From contig CANMWO010000002.1 in NCBI GenBank assembly GCA_947501695.1, positions 573,327 to 637,326 of the forward strand: a stretch of DNA of 64,000 nt, given 5' to 3'. The notes under the pieces are model-generated. The model was not told the origin of the DNA and made no database searches. It saw only the letters and a list, made by a program, of their open reading frames with translations. The stretch is from an uncultured Sphingomonadaceae bacterium. GTDB lineage: Bacteria; Pseudomonadota; Alphaproteobacteria; Sphingomonadales; Sphingomonadaceae. Both the position numbers and the translations under genes were made by a program. Of the stretch, positions 56,655-64,000 are shown one piece after another. Positions within the stretch are counted from its first letter, which is position 1, and every line of letters begins with the position of its first letter.

Positions 56655-56932
56655 GTGTCGTCACTCCCTTGCTCGCGCAGCGGCGCGAAAATACGATCAA
56701 TAAACTTTTGTAGCTTGGCTTCTCGGTCGGCCGCAGACGCTTCCAATCCTTCGAGCGCCATCAGTCGCTCTTCCTGAACCCACATTTCTTGCGCCATGTT
56801 CATAGCTACAGCGACAAAGCGATCCATGCCCGGATCGTCGAAAAATTGTGGCTTACCGTCGGGGCCGTAAATATCCTTCGGCGTATCATCCGGCCTAAAC
56901 GCCGGACCGGGCTCCTCGGTTTCTGCGCTCAT
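56651..56932 (-). CDS. small helical hypothetical protein (partner of second methyltransferase)
   Basis: KPQFFDDPGMDRFVAVAMNMAQEMWVQEERL; start at ATG 56932 overlapping the upstream TGA. Confidence 0.72.
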   Translation of the reverse strand: MSAETEEPGPAFRPDDTPKDIYGPDGKPQFFDDPGMDRFVAVAMNMAQEMWVQEERLMALEGLEASAADREAKLQKFIDRIFAPLREQGSDDT

Positions 56933-58116
56933 CGTTTCCATGCTCCGAAACCAAACCACATGATACCTTCCGCCAGCCGTCCGGTGGTTTCGCTATCAAC
57001 AGCGTTAGCGCTCTCATCCGCTATCGCTTGCGCAACGGCTTCCTCACCGTAAATGCCAATGCTGGGCACAACGAACTGGAAATAGTCATCGGCGGCAAAA
57101 CCACCCGCTTCGCAAAGCGCTGGAGGGCTCTCATCGCGATAGCCTTTGTAGAACGGCTCCGAGTTATACCAACTGTCCCAATCGAGATAAAAGCCGTCAA
57201 AGGCGTTCATCTGGTCATTAGGCGGCAACTCCATATGAAGCAGCAGACCGCCAGGCTTGAGCACGCGATAGGCTTCTTTAAACGCGGCTGCACGGGCCTT
57301 TTTAGAGAGCTCGTGAAGGAACATTGAAGAGAAGACGAGGTCAAAGCTGTCGTCCGGATAATCCAGCGCATCGGCGGACATTTGCGCGAAATCGACGTCC
57401 TGACCCTGCATTTTAGCGCGAGCCGAGGCATAGCGTAATCCGCCTGCCGCAGCGTCGATCGCTTCAATCTTCGCATCGGGATAAGTCTGTTTCCATGGTA
57501 ACGTATTGTGACCAATGGTGCAGCCAGTATCTAAAATGCTCTGCGGTTTAAAGTCCGGATACTTGCCCTTCACATAGGCGGCCATGGATAGACCAATATC
57601 ATCCAAGTTAGAGCCCATCAGACCCATGGAGAACACAGCCAACCCCTGATCATAAACTGCGCCGGCCTCCAGCGATTCCCCGCCCCGGGTATAGCTGCCC
57701 GGCATCAGGTGCACCTCTATCGCATCGACATTGCGCGGAATATCTAGATCGGGATTCAGTTTGAGCGCACCGGGCCGGGCCGCAACTTTCTGCGCTTCTG
57801 CTTCGAGCCGCTCGATATCACGGGCCACGACATCGCCCGAGGCGTGCCAGACCATTTTCTGAGCCTGCACCCGCATCGACGAGTAAATATTAAATGCCGG
57901 ATCACCGCGCAGGGCCTGATGTGCTTCGTTGCTGGTTTCCGGTGCGCGGCCTTTGTCACGGGCAAAAGCCGGTGCGGCACGCTTGTCATAAGCGGTACGC
58001 AAATCGCCTGCGAGATCGTTGAGAATAAACGCTCTGATGCCCGACACAAAGCGTCCACGCGCCGCTTCCTCTGCGGTCAATTCCGGTTTCATCGGATGTT
58101 GTAATTCTACGCCCAT
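56929..58116 (-). CDS. class I SAM-dependent methyltransferase-fold protein (paralogue of 53307..54551)
   Basis: HLMPGSY, AGAVYDQG, ILDTGCTIGH, FDLVFSSMFLHE; start at ATG 58116. Confidence 0.83.
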   Translation of the reverse strand: MGVELQHPMKPELTAEEAARGRFVSGIRAFILNDLAGDLRTAYDKRAAPAFARDKGRAPETSNEAHQALRGDPAFNIYSSMRVQAQKMVWHASGDVVARDIERLEAEAQKVAARPGALKLNPDLDIPRNVDAIEVHLMPGSYTRGGESLEAGAVYDQGLAVFSMGLMGSNLDDIGLSMAAYVKGKYPDFKPQSILDTGCTIGHNTLPWKQTYPDAKIEAIDAAAGGLRYASARAKMQGQDVDFAQMSADALDYPDDSFDLVFSSMFLHELSKKARAAAFKEAYRVLKPGGLLLHMELPPNDQMNAFDGFYLDWDSWYNSEPFYKGYRDESPPALCEAGGFAADDYFQFVVPSIGIYGEEAVAQAIADESANAVDSETTGRLAEGIMWFGFGAWKR

Positions 58117-59537
58117 CAGAAATTCTCCTCTGCAAAAGCTTCTATTCGCGCTGCCTCGCCCGATTGCCGGATCAGCGCCTGTTTGCGGAAAAAGCGCATC
58201 AATCCGCTTGCCCCCATCCGTGATGCACCAAGCCCGGAATGGCCAAAGCTCGATTTCTCCGCTTCCCAAACCATCGAGGTCAAGGAACCATCATTAATCG
58301 ATACTGCACCCGCATTGAGGCGCGATGCAACTATTTCAGCCTCTTGAGCTGATCCTCCAATGACCGCTGCAGACAAACCGAACTGGCTGTGATTGGCCAT
58401 CATCACGGCTTCATCCACATCGTCAAACACCCGTACAGGGATAACGGGTCCGAAATTCTCATCAGAAATTACCGTCATCGATGAGGTCACATTGGTCAGG
58501 ATCGTTGGCCGCAAATAAAGACCACCACCGAGTTTTTCGACTTTGCCGCCCGAAAGCAACTCCGCGCCTTTTTTAACCGCATCATCAATCTGAGACTGCG
58601 CTATCTGCGCCTGTTTCTCAAAGATAAACGGCCCGATATGGCCTTGGTTGATATCAGGATGATTGAGCTGCACCGCCTCTGCCTGAGCGACCAGACTGGT
58701 GAGGAAAGGGTCTGCGATTGCCTGGGCTACATAGACCCGCTCAATCGACTGACAGGCCTGACCAGTGTTGACGATACTCGCCCTAAGCGCCGTCGCGGCC
58801 GCCTTTTCGGGATCGGCACTGGCAAGAACGATCATCGGGTCTTTGCCGCCTAGTTCCAGACTTGCCGGAATAAAAGCTCTCGCCGCCGCTTGACCGACGT
58901 TGCGCCCCGTGGCGACCGATCCGGTAAAGCAAATATAGTCGACATGGTCGACCATCGCAGCACCCGTCGCACCGTCGCCTTCGATGATCGACAGCACAGT
59001 CGCCAGTTCCGGAACTTTCTGCACGGCTTCCATCAAAGGTTTGATAAAGCGCGGTGTCACTTCAGATGGTTTTACCAACACCGCCGATCCCGCCATCAGT
59101 GCCGGAATCGCGTCGATCAATGCCAGTGTCATCGGGAAGTTCCACGGGCTGATCACGCCAACCAAGCCAAAGGGCACCAGTCGCGTCGAAGTAGTGATCG
59201 TCGGCACCGATGTTGGTTGATCTACCGGCTGGCCATCGGCCATGAGCTGTGGCGCCATAGCGGCCCAGCGTCTTATCTGCCCCGGTACGCCCGCTGCTTC
59301 AATTTTTGAGATACCGCCGCGTCCGGTATCAGCAGTCAGGGCCGGAATGATATCGCCCAGATTGGCCTCTATCGCATCAGCCCATTGCAACAATATCCCG
59401 CCACGCGCTTCCGGTGTTTTCGCAGCCCAATTTTTTTGTGCATCGCGAAGCCGCTTTGCTTCGTCGGCAACCGCCTCAACGTCTAGGGGCGTGATTGCAT
59501 AGTCTGCTTTGCCCGTACGCGGATTGCGTATCTTCAT
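58116..59537 (-). CDS. aldehyde dehydrogenase
   Basis: VISPWNFP, VKPSE.TP, FTGSVATG, LELGGKDP, NTGQACQSIER, DENFGP. Confidence 0.94.
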   Translation of the reverse strand: MKIRNPRTGKADYAITPLDVEAVADEAKRLRDAQKNWAAKTPEARGGILLQWADAIEANLGDIIPALTADTGRGGISKIEAAGVPGQIRRWAAMAPQLMADGQPVDQPTSVPTITTSTRLVPFGLVGVISPWNFPMTLALIDAIPALMAGSAVLVKPSEVTPRFIKPLMEAVQKVPELATVLSIIEGDGATGAAMVDHVDYICFTGSVATGRNVGQAAARAFIPASLELGGKDPMIVLASADPEKAAATALRASIVNTGQACQSIERVYVAQAIADPFLTSLVAQAEAVQLNHPDINQGHIGPFIFEKQAQIAQSQIDDAVKKGAELLSGGKVEKLGGGLYLRPTILTNVTSSMTVISDENFGPVIPVRVFDDVDEAVMMANHSQFGLSAAVIGGSAQEAEIVASRLNAGAVSINDGSLTSMVWEAEKSSFGHSGLGASRMGASGLMRFFRKQALIRQSGEAARIEAFAEENF

Positions 59538-59577
59538 TGCTGTGCCTTCATTTTTGGGCCTTCATTTCTGGGCCTTC
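59534..59577 (-). repeat. three tandem 14-bp units (AGGCMCARMAATGA) at the deacetylase/ALDH junction
   Basis: Minus strand reads aggcccagaaatga aggcccaaaaatga aggcacagcaatga. Confidence 0.8.
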
Positions 59578-60485
59578 CAGCTATCGAGTATCGCATCACC
59601 CCGTGCGAACCCGATATCATTGTGCTCAGCAACGCCGGCAATCAACTTCTCAAAACTGCTAATGCGATAGGGTAGACCCATAATATAAGGCGTTAGGTGC
59701 ATGGGTAGCATTCGCCCGCCATTTTGCTCCGCCTCCGCGAGCAACCAATTGGCCGCATCGGTCATCTGCTGTGCATAGCTGTCAACCGATTGCTGCTGGA
59801 CATTGATGATCTGACGATCCGATAGTTCGTGGTTGAGCGGGATATTGGTAATCGCTCCCGAATCTGTCTGAAACGCATAAGGCAATTCGTCATTGGCCCA
59901 ATCACACATATAATCGACACCGGCCTCGGCGAGCAATTTTGCGGTGTTGAAACTTTGCGAACGCGCTATCGACAACCAGCCGCGTGGGCGCGTTCCGATC
60001 ACTTTTTCCAGCGCGGTGAGCGAACCTTCGATTAGCGCTTTCTCATCCGCTTCAGCCAGTCCGCTCGCAATAGTGCCGTTCATGTCGGTGCTATGCGCGA
60101 TAATCTCATGGCCGCCGGAGATGATGTCCTCAATCAACTGCGGATAGCGCTGGGCGATGACGCTGTTGGTCGCGACCGAAATCTTCGCGCCAACCTTCTC
60201 AAACGCACCAAGCAACCGGTAAATCCCGATCCGCGTGCCATATTCGCGCGCGGTATAATGGCGATAGTCGGGATAAGCGGTCTGCATATGCCCCGGCGCG
60301 CGGAACGGATTGTCGTTGGGCACCATCGGGAAATATTCGAGGGAGATGACCGGCCATATCATCAGCTTTTTGTCGCCCGGCCATTGCACCGGCTTGCGAT
60401 CAAACAGATTGCTGTACGGATAATAGTCATGGTCCATTCCGTGGCGGCGCTTGGGATAGTCGAGATAGCTGGCATCAAGGCTCAT
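59562..60485 (-). CDS. polysaccharide-deacetylase-fold (PuuE/PgdA-like) amidohydrolase
   Basis: VISLEYF, REYGTRIGIYRL, HEIIAH, PRGWLS, DWANDELP, HLTPYIMGLPYR. Confidence 0.87.
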   Translation of the reverse strand: MSLDASYLDYPKRRHGMDHDYYPYSNLFDRKPVQWPGDKKLMIWPVISLEYFPMVPNDNPFRAPGHMQTAYPDYRHYTAREYGTRIGIYRLLGAFEKVGAKISVATNSVIAQRYPQLIEDIISGGHEIIAHSTDMNGTIASGLAEADEKALIEGSLTALEKVIGTRPRGWLSIARSQSFNTAKLLAEAGVDYMCDWANDELPYAFQTDSGAITNIPLNHELSDRQIINVQQQSVDSYAQQMTDAANWLLAEAEQNGGRMLPMHLTPYIMGLPYRISSFEKLIAGVAEHNDIGFARGDAILDSWKAQK

Positions 60486-61375
60486 GATAAGTCTCCCGTC
60501 TGTTTGCGGAAGGCGTCAACTATATCACCAGCCTTGGTAATCCATGCCCGACCATCAGCCGCAATATGTTCAAGCACTGCTTCAAACGGACCAATGCGGT
60601 GAGGCTGTCCGATCAGATAGCTGTGCAGCGGGATGCACATCACCGTGCCGGACTGCGCGCCCTCTTCAGCGAGCCGGTCATATTGCCTGATCAGCGTATC
60701 GGCATATTCCCGCGGGCTCATGTTATAGATAAAGAACCCATAATGATCATTGACCTCTAGGCTGTAGGGTATCGCCGTCAGCTGGCCGGATTTCACCTTC
60801 ACGTCAGTCGGCTGGTCATCATGATAAAGGTCACAGGTATAATCCATGCCATATTCCGCGAGCAGGTCGAGCGTGCGCGGCGTGTGGGTCAGCGCTGGCG
60901 CCAGCCAGCCTTTGATCCGTTGGCCGGTAGCGCGCTGAACTGTTTCAATCGAATCCTCAATGATCGCGCGTTCCTGCGCCTCATCCATTCCATAAGAATA
61001 GCGTGTGTTGTAAATGCCGTGGCTGAAAAACTCCCAACCGCGCTGATTGGCATCCTCGACCACTTCGGGAATATGGTCACATAACGCCACGGACAAGCTG
61101 ACAGATCCCGGAAAACCATGCTTGGTCATCATCTCCGCCATGCGCCAATGTGACACGCGATTGGCATGATCGCGATGGCTGTAGCCGACCACATCGGGAT
61201 GAGGCTTTGGCCAACTCTTCCGATGCGGATTGACCGCCGGGTCGAGTTCATAAAATTCCAAATTGGGCGCGACCCAAACAGCGCAGGTTTTGCCGTCAGG
61301 CCACTCGATTTTCGGACGCCCACGATAGGGCGCATAATCAAATAGTCCCGGATCAGATTTCTGCACGTCAGACAC
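60482..61375 (-). CDS. polysaccharide-deacetylase-fold (PuuE/PgdA-like) amidohydrolase (tandem paralogue)
   Basis: VAPNLEFY, RDHANRVSHWR, WEFFSHG, IKGWLAP, DLYHDDQP, PYSLEVND, LHSYLIGQPHR. Confidence 0.87.
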   Translation of the reverse strand: MSDVQKSDPGLFDYAPYRGRPKIEWPDGKTCAVWVAPNLEFYELDPAVNPHRKSWPKPHPDVVGYSHRDHANRVSHWRMAEMMTKHGFPGSVSLSVALCDHIPEVVEDANQRGWEFFSHGIYNTRYSYGMDEAQERAIIEDSIETVQRATGQRIKGWLAPALTHTPRTLDLLAEYGMDYTCDLYHDDQPTDVKVKSGQLTAIPYSLEVNDHYGFFIYNMSPREYADTLIRQYDRLAEEGAQSGTVMCIPLHSYLIGQPHRIGPFEAVLEHIAADGRAWITKAGDIVDAFRKQTGDLS

Positions 61376-62055
61376 TAGCGCGCCTCCAACCAGTCAATCA
61401 CTGTCTGCACTGGCTCGACATCAGCATATTTAATCTGCAAGTCGGTCAGATTGGCAAAATGATAGCTTTCATGCTTGTCCGCACATGTTTCAATCGGCAC
61501 GATTGTGCGATAACCATAGCTTAAAGCATCCACCGCTGTGGCCCGAACACAACCGGATGTAGAACCGCCGGTGACAATCACCGTATCCACTTTATGCCAC
61601 GTCAAATAGCTCGCCAGTTGTGTTTCAAAAAAGGCGCTGGGCATGCGCTTGGTATATTGCAGGTCATTGGCATCGACCTCGCAACGCGGATCAAGTTTAT
61701 GCCGCTCGCTGTCATATTTGATATTCTGGAGCGAATCTTCGGTATCGGTGCGCGTGCCCCAGACACCGGCATCGCCTGCATCCGCTTTATAAGCGACACG
61801 ACTCCAGATCACCGGCATGGCCTTTGCTCGTGCCAAAGCCGATATCTGATTAATATAGTCAATCTGCTTCGGATCGGTCTCATAAGCGGTTTTGAACATA
61901 TCCATCCGGGTATAGGCTTGTTGTACATCAACATTGACGATGGCGAGCTTTTCTCCGAAACCGAATTTCTTGCGCGCTGGATTGCCAATCAACTCTTCAA
62001 AAATTTCCTTGGCCGTACGCCCGTCCTCAACCATTTTTGTGCCTTTGACGTCCAT
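61375..62055 (-). CDS. isochorismatase-family amidohydrolase (maleamate amidohydrolase NicF / N-carbamoylsarcosine amidase-like)
   Basis: NVDVQ (Asp), KRMPSAFF (Lys), TGGSTSGCVRATAVDA (Cys); start 62055 or 62034. Confidence 0.88.
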   Translation of the reverse strand: MDVKGTKMVEDGRTAKEIFEELIGNPARKKFGFGEKLAIVNVDVQQAYTRMDMFKTAYETDPKQIDYINQISALARAKAMPVIWSRVAYKADAGDAGVWGTRTDTEDSLQNIKYDSERHKLDPRCEVDANDLQYTKRMPSAFFETQLASYLTWHKVDTVIVTGGSTSGCVRATAVDALSYGYRTIVPIETCADKHESYHFANLTDLQIKYADVEPVQTVIDWLEAR

Positions 62056-62104
62056 AAAGTTTCTCTCCGGAATCGATAAAAATGTAATAAACAACAGAAA
62101 AGAC

Positions 62105-62130
62105 TTGTCGAGACAAATTTGTCCGGACAA
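62105..62130. promoter_or_regulatory. tandem operator sites 10 and 11 (TTGTCGAGACAA; TTGTCCGGACAA)
   Basis: 62105-62116 (2 mismatches) and 62119-62130 (exact) in the 86 bp divergent gap. Confidence 0.85.
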
Positions 62131-62141
62131 ATATAGAGGTT

Positions 62142-63521
62142 ATGATTACACGCCATTTTATAGACGTCGCCAAAGACGGCAACACACGCCGTGTCCATTA
62201 TCGCATGGTGGGTAGTGGCCCGCCGCTGCTTATGGTGCATCAAAGCCCGCGCAGTTCAAAAGAATATGAAGCGCTGATGGTAAAATGGTCTTCCCATTTC
62301 ACCTGTATCGCCCCCGATACGCCGGGTTTCGGGCAATCCGATCCGCTGCCTGGTCATCCCGAGATCGCCGAATATGCCGATGCGGCCATCGAATTTCTTG
62401 ATGCTTTAGGTATCGAAAAATGCGCCGCTTATGGTTTCCATTCCGGCGGGATCATATTGGTGACAGCGGTCAAACGGCATCCGACTCGAATCACCACCTT
62501 GGCCGTCGGCGGCTATGCTATCTGGTCCGCCGAAGAAATGGCCTTGTTCAGCGACCGCTATCTGCCCGAATTTCATCCGTCCGATTATGGCGAGCATCTG
62601 ACATGGCTTTGGAATCGTATTCTCGAACAAAGCTGGTTCTTCCCATGGTTTGCGACAGATGATGCCCACCGGCTATCTGTCGCCAATGACGATCCGGCGC
62701 GGGTCGACGCAATCGTTCGCGAAATGCTTGATGCGGGCAATGCTTATCAGGCTGGCTATGGTGCCGTACTGCGCGCACCGCGGGATATTCCGGCGGTGGA
62801 TGCTGATGTCCCTCCTTGCCTGATCAGCGCCTATGATGGTGATCCGCTGCAGGAGCATATTGATCGACTGGGCGATATGCCGCCGACTTGGTCGGCCCAA
62901 AAAGTAGCTACCCCAGAGGACCATCAGGCCGTCAGCTTAAATCATTTATTGGCCTCCCAAACAGCAGTGGTCGATGGTTTGAATGAGGCCAGCGACGAAG
63001 GCTTTGTAGCGATACAAACCGATATCTTTAATGGCCTAATCCATTGGCGCGGAGCGCGCGATGCTGATGAGCTTGTTCTGCATGCGCCTGCCTATGCAGC
63101 GATAAATGATCAACCTGCCGGCCAGATTGCGATTGATTTGCCCGGTCATGGCTTGTCCGACAATTGGATCGGCGAAGCACCTGTCGCTTGGAGTGCATGG
63201 GATGATGTCATCACTGCGGTTGCAGATGCACTTGGTACTAGCGAGACAGTCTATCCCGCTCTGCCCGATGGCGCACCGGATCAACTCTATCCGGATTTAT
63301 CCCCTGACCGGTTTGGTAACTATCTGAATATGGCGTGGCAAATTGTTCGCGCCCGCCACATGTTTGCCCCTTGGTATCAGGTAGATGCAGCCCATGCCGT
63401 TGCTTTTGAGGAAGAGCGGCTGCGGCCTGAACATCTCGCCGCCGAGCATCTCTCGCTAATCAATGCATCAGCAGCCAAAGAATTTCACATCGCCCTCCAA
63501 TTCAGACAAAAGGAAAACTAA
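62142..63521 (+). CDS. alpha/beta-hydrolase-fold protein with His elbow plus degenerate second domain
   Basis: LLMVHQSPRSS, APDTPGFGQSD, AYGFHSGG; C-terminal half has AIDLPGHGLSD but no full second active site. Confidence 0.8.
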   Translation: MITRHFIDVAKDGNTRRVHYRMVGSGPPLLMVHQSPRSSKEYEALMVKWSSHFTCIAPDTPGFGQSDPLPGHPEIAEYADAAIEFLDALGIEKCAAYGFHSGGIILVTAVKRHPTRITTLAVGGYAIWSAEEMALFSDRYLPEFHPSDYGEHLTWLWNRILEQSWFFPWFATDDAHRLSVANDDPARVDAIVREMLDAGNAYQAGYGAVLRAPRDIPAVDADVPPCLISAYDGDPLQEHIDRLGDMPPTWSAQKVATPEDHQAVSLNHLLASQTAVVDGLNEASDEGFVAIQTDIFNGLIHWRGARDADELVLHAPAYAAINDQPAGQIAIDLPGHGLSDNWIGEAPVAWSAWDDVITAVADALGTSETVYPALPDGAPDQLYPDLSPDRFGNYLNMAWQIVRARHMFAPWYQVDAAHAVAFEEERLRPEHLAAEHLSLINASAAKEFHIALQFRQKEN

Positions 63522-64000
63522 TGGGAATCAGAGAAGACATGCCGCTTTTGGGCCGCCATGAAGGCGTTTGGGATGGCACCTACACCTATTTTAATGCACA
63601 GAATGAAAAGATTGACGAGCACGCTTCCCGCCTGCTGTGCCGTCTTCCTGATGACGGGGATATTCCTTACCACCAGACCAACCATTACAAATGGGCTGAC
63701 GGCAAAACCGAAATTCGCGAATTTCCTGCCGCTTATCATGACAAGCGCATATGGTGGGACAATGAACTGATAAAAGGCTGGGCCGCAGAAGTGCCGCTAG
63801 ACGAATATAATCGCACCATGATGTTGTATTGGCAGCGGCAAGGTGATCCATCGCTTTATCTATATGAGCAGATCCAGATTTCGGATGACGGTCAGAACCG
63901 CTGCCGGACATGGCATTGGATTCGCAACGGCATGTTGGAAACGCGGACCGCGATACAGGAGACTTTTGTGACCAAAGACTGGCGCAGTATTGATGCGGAA
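63521..64000 (+). CDS. DUF3598-like beta-barrel protein (runs off window)
   Basis: Hand-translated: MGIREDMPLLGRHEGVWDGTYTY...YHQTNHYKWADG...IWWDNE...NRCRTWHWIRNG..TRTAIQE; TAATG coupling; missing from the ORF track. Confidence 0.75.
   Translation, partial: MGIREDMPLLGRHEGVWDGTYTYFNAQNEKIDEHASRLLCRLPDDGDIPYHQTNHYKWADGKTEIREFPAAYHDKRIWWDNELIKGWAAEVPLDEYNRTMMLYWQRQGDPSLYLYEQIQISDDGQNRCRTWHWIRNGMLETRTAIQETFVTKDWRSIDAE

Noticed and set aside
30230-61375. Polysaccharide deacetylases acting on chitin/peptidoglycan (a polysaccharide utilisation locus)
   Set aside because: No signal peptides, glycoside hydrolases or sugar kinases nearby; motifs and neighbours fit PuuE-type small-molecule amidohydrolases.
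148-63911. Numerous 60-250 aa alternative-frame ORFs in the track, several containing the peptide CPDK/CPDN
   Set aside because: They are shadows of well-supported genes; the recurring CPDK is just the operator TGTCCGGACAA read as codons, not a protein repeat.
15865-64000. Cluster as a mobile genomic island
   Set aside because: No integrase, transposase, tRNA or direct repeats seen, and no obvious compositional step that I can support without computation.
1-64000. rRNA, tRNA, CRISPR arrays, riboswitches
   Set aside because: Intergenic gaps are short and none shows cloverleaf, repeat-spacer or recognisable riboswitch structure; the dispersed palindrome is not regularly spaced.

Overview
A gene-dense, almost entirely catabolic 64 kb window. 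Mid-50s %GC by eye, TonB-dependent receptors, a LuxR solo and a Rieske oxygenase suggest an alphaproteobacterium, probably Sphingomonadales (inference). I found no rRNA, tRNA, CRISPR array, integrase or transposase. The window has two parts. (1) About 1-15.8 kb holds mixed fatty-acyl/aromatic catabolic genes: an acyl-CoA dehydrogenase pair, an AHL-lactonase-family MBL, E1alpha/E1beta plus a stand-alone lipoyl domain, a non-canonical LuxR solo, a Rieske oxygenase, GST/VOC/ThuA/SDR and a CoA ligase. (2) From about 15.9 kb to beyond 64 kb lies a >48 kb cluster tied together by 11 promoter-region copies (plus one degenerate copy) of the palindrome TTGTCCGGACAA, most likely the operator of the resident HutC-type GntR regulator. 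It encodes two TonB receptors, two MFS transporters, exported enzymes, DUF1838 and two DUF3598-like proteins, a RedY/PigK/HapK-like protein, VOC proteins, three PuuE/deacetylase-fold hydrolases, a NicF-like amidase, a variant nitrilase, two His-elbow alpha/beta-fold proteins, twin methyltransferase plus small-partner modules, and an itaconate-pathway-like CoA module. My main hypothesis (inference, untested) is that this is an uncharacterised uptake-and-degradation regulon for oligopyrroles or linear tetrapyrroles (bilins, chlorophyll catabolites, prodiginines), or a related N-heterocycle. It would route them through cyclic imides and alkyl-maleates to pyruvate plus acyl-CoA.
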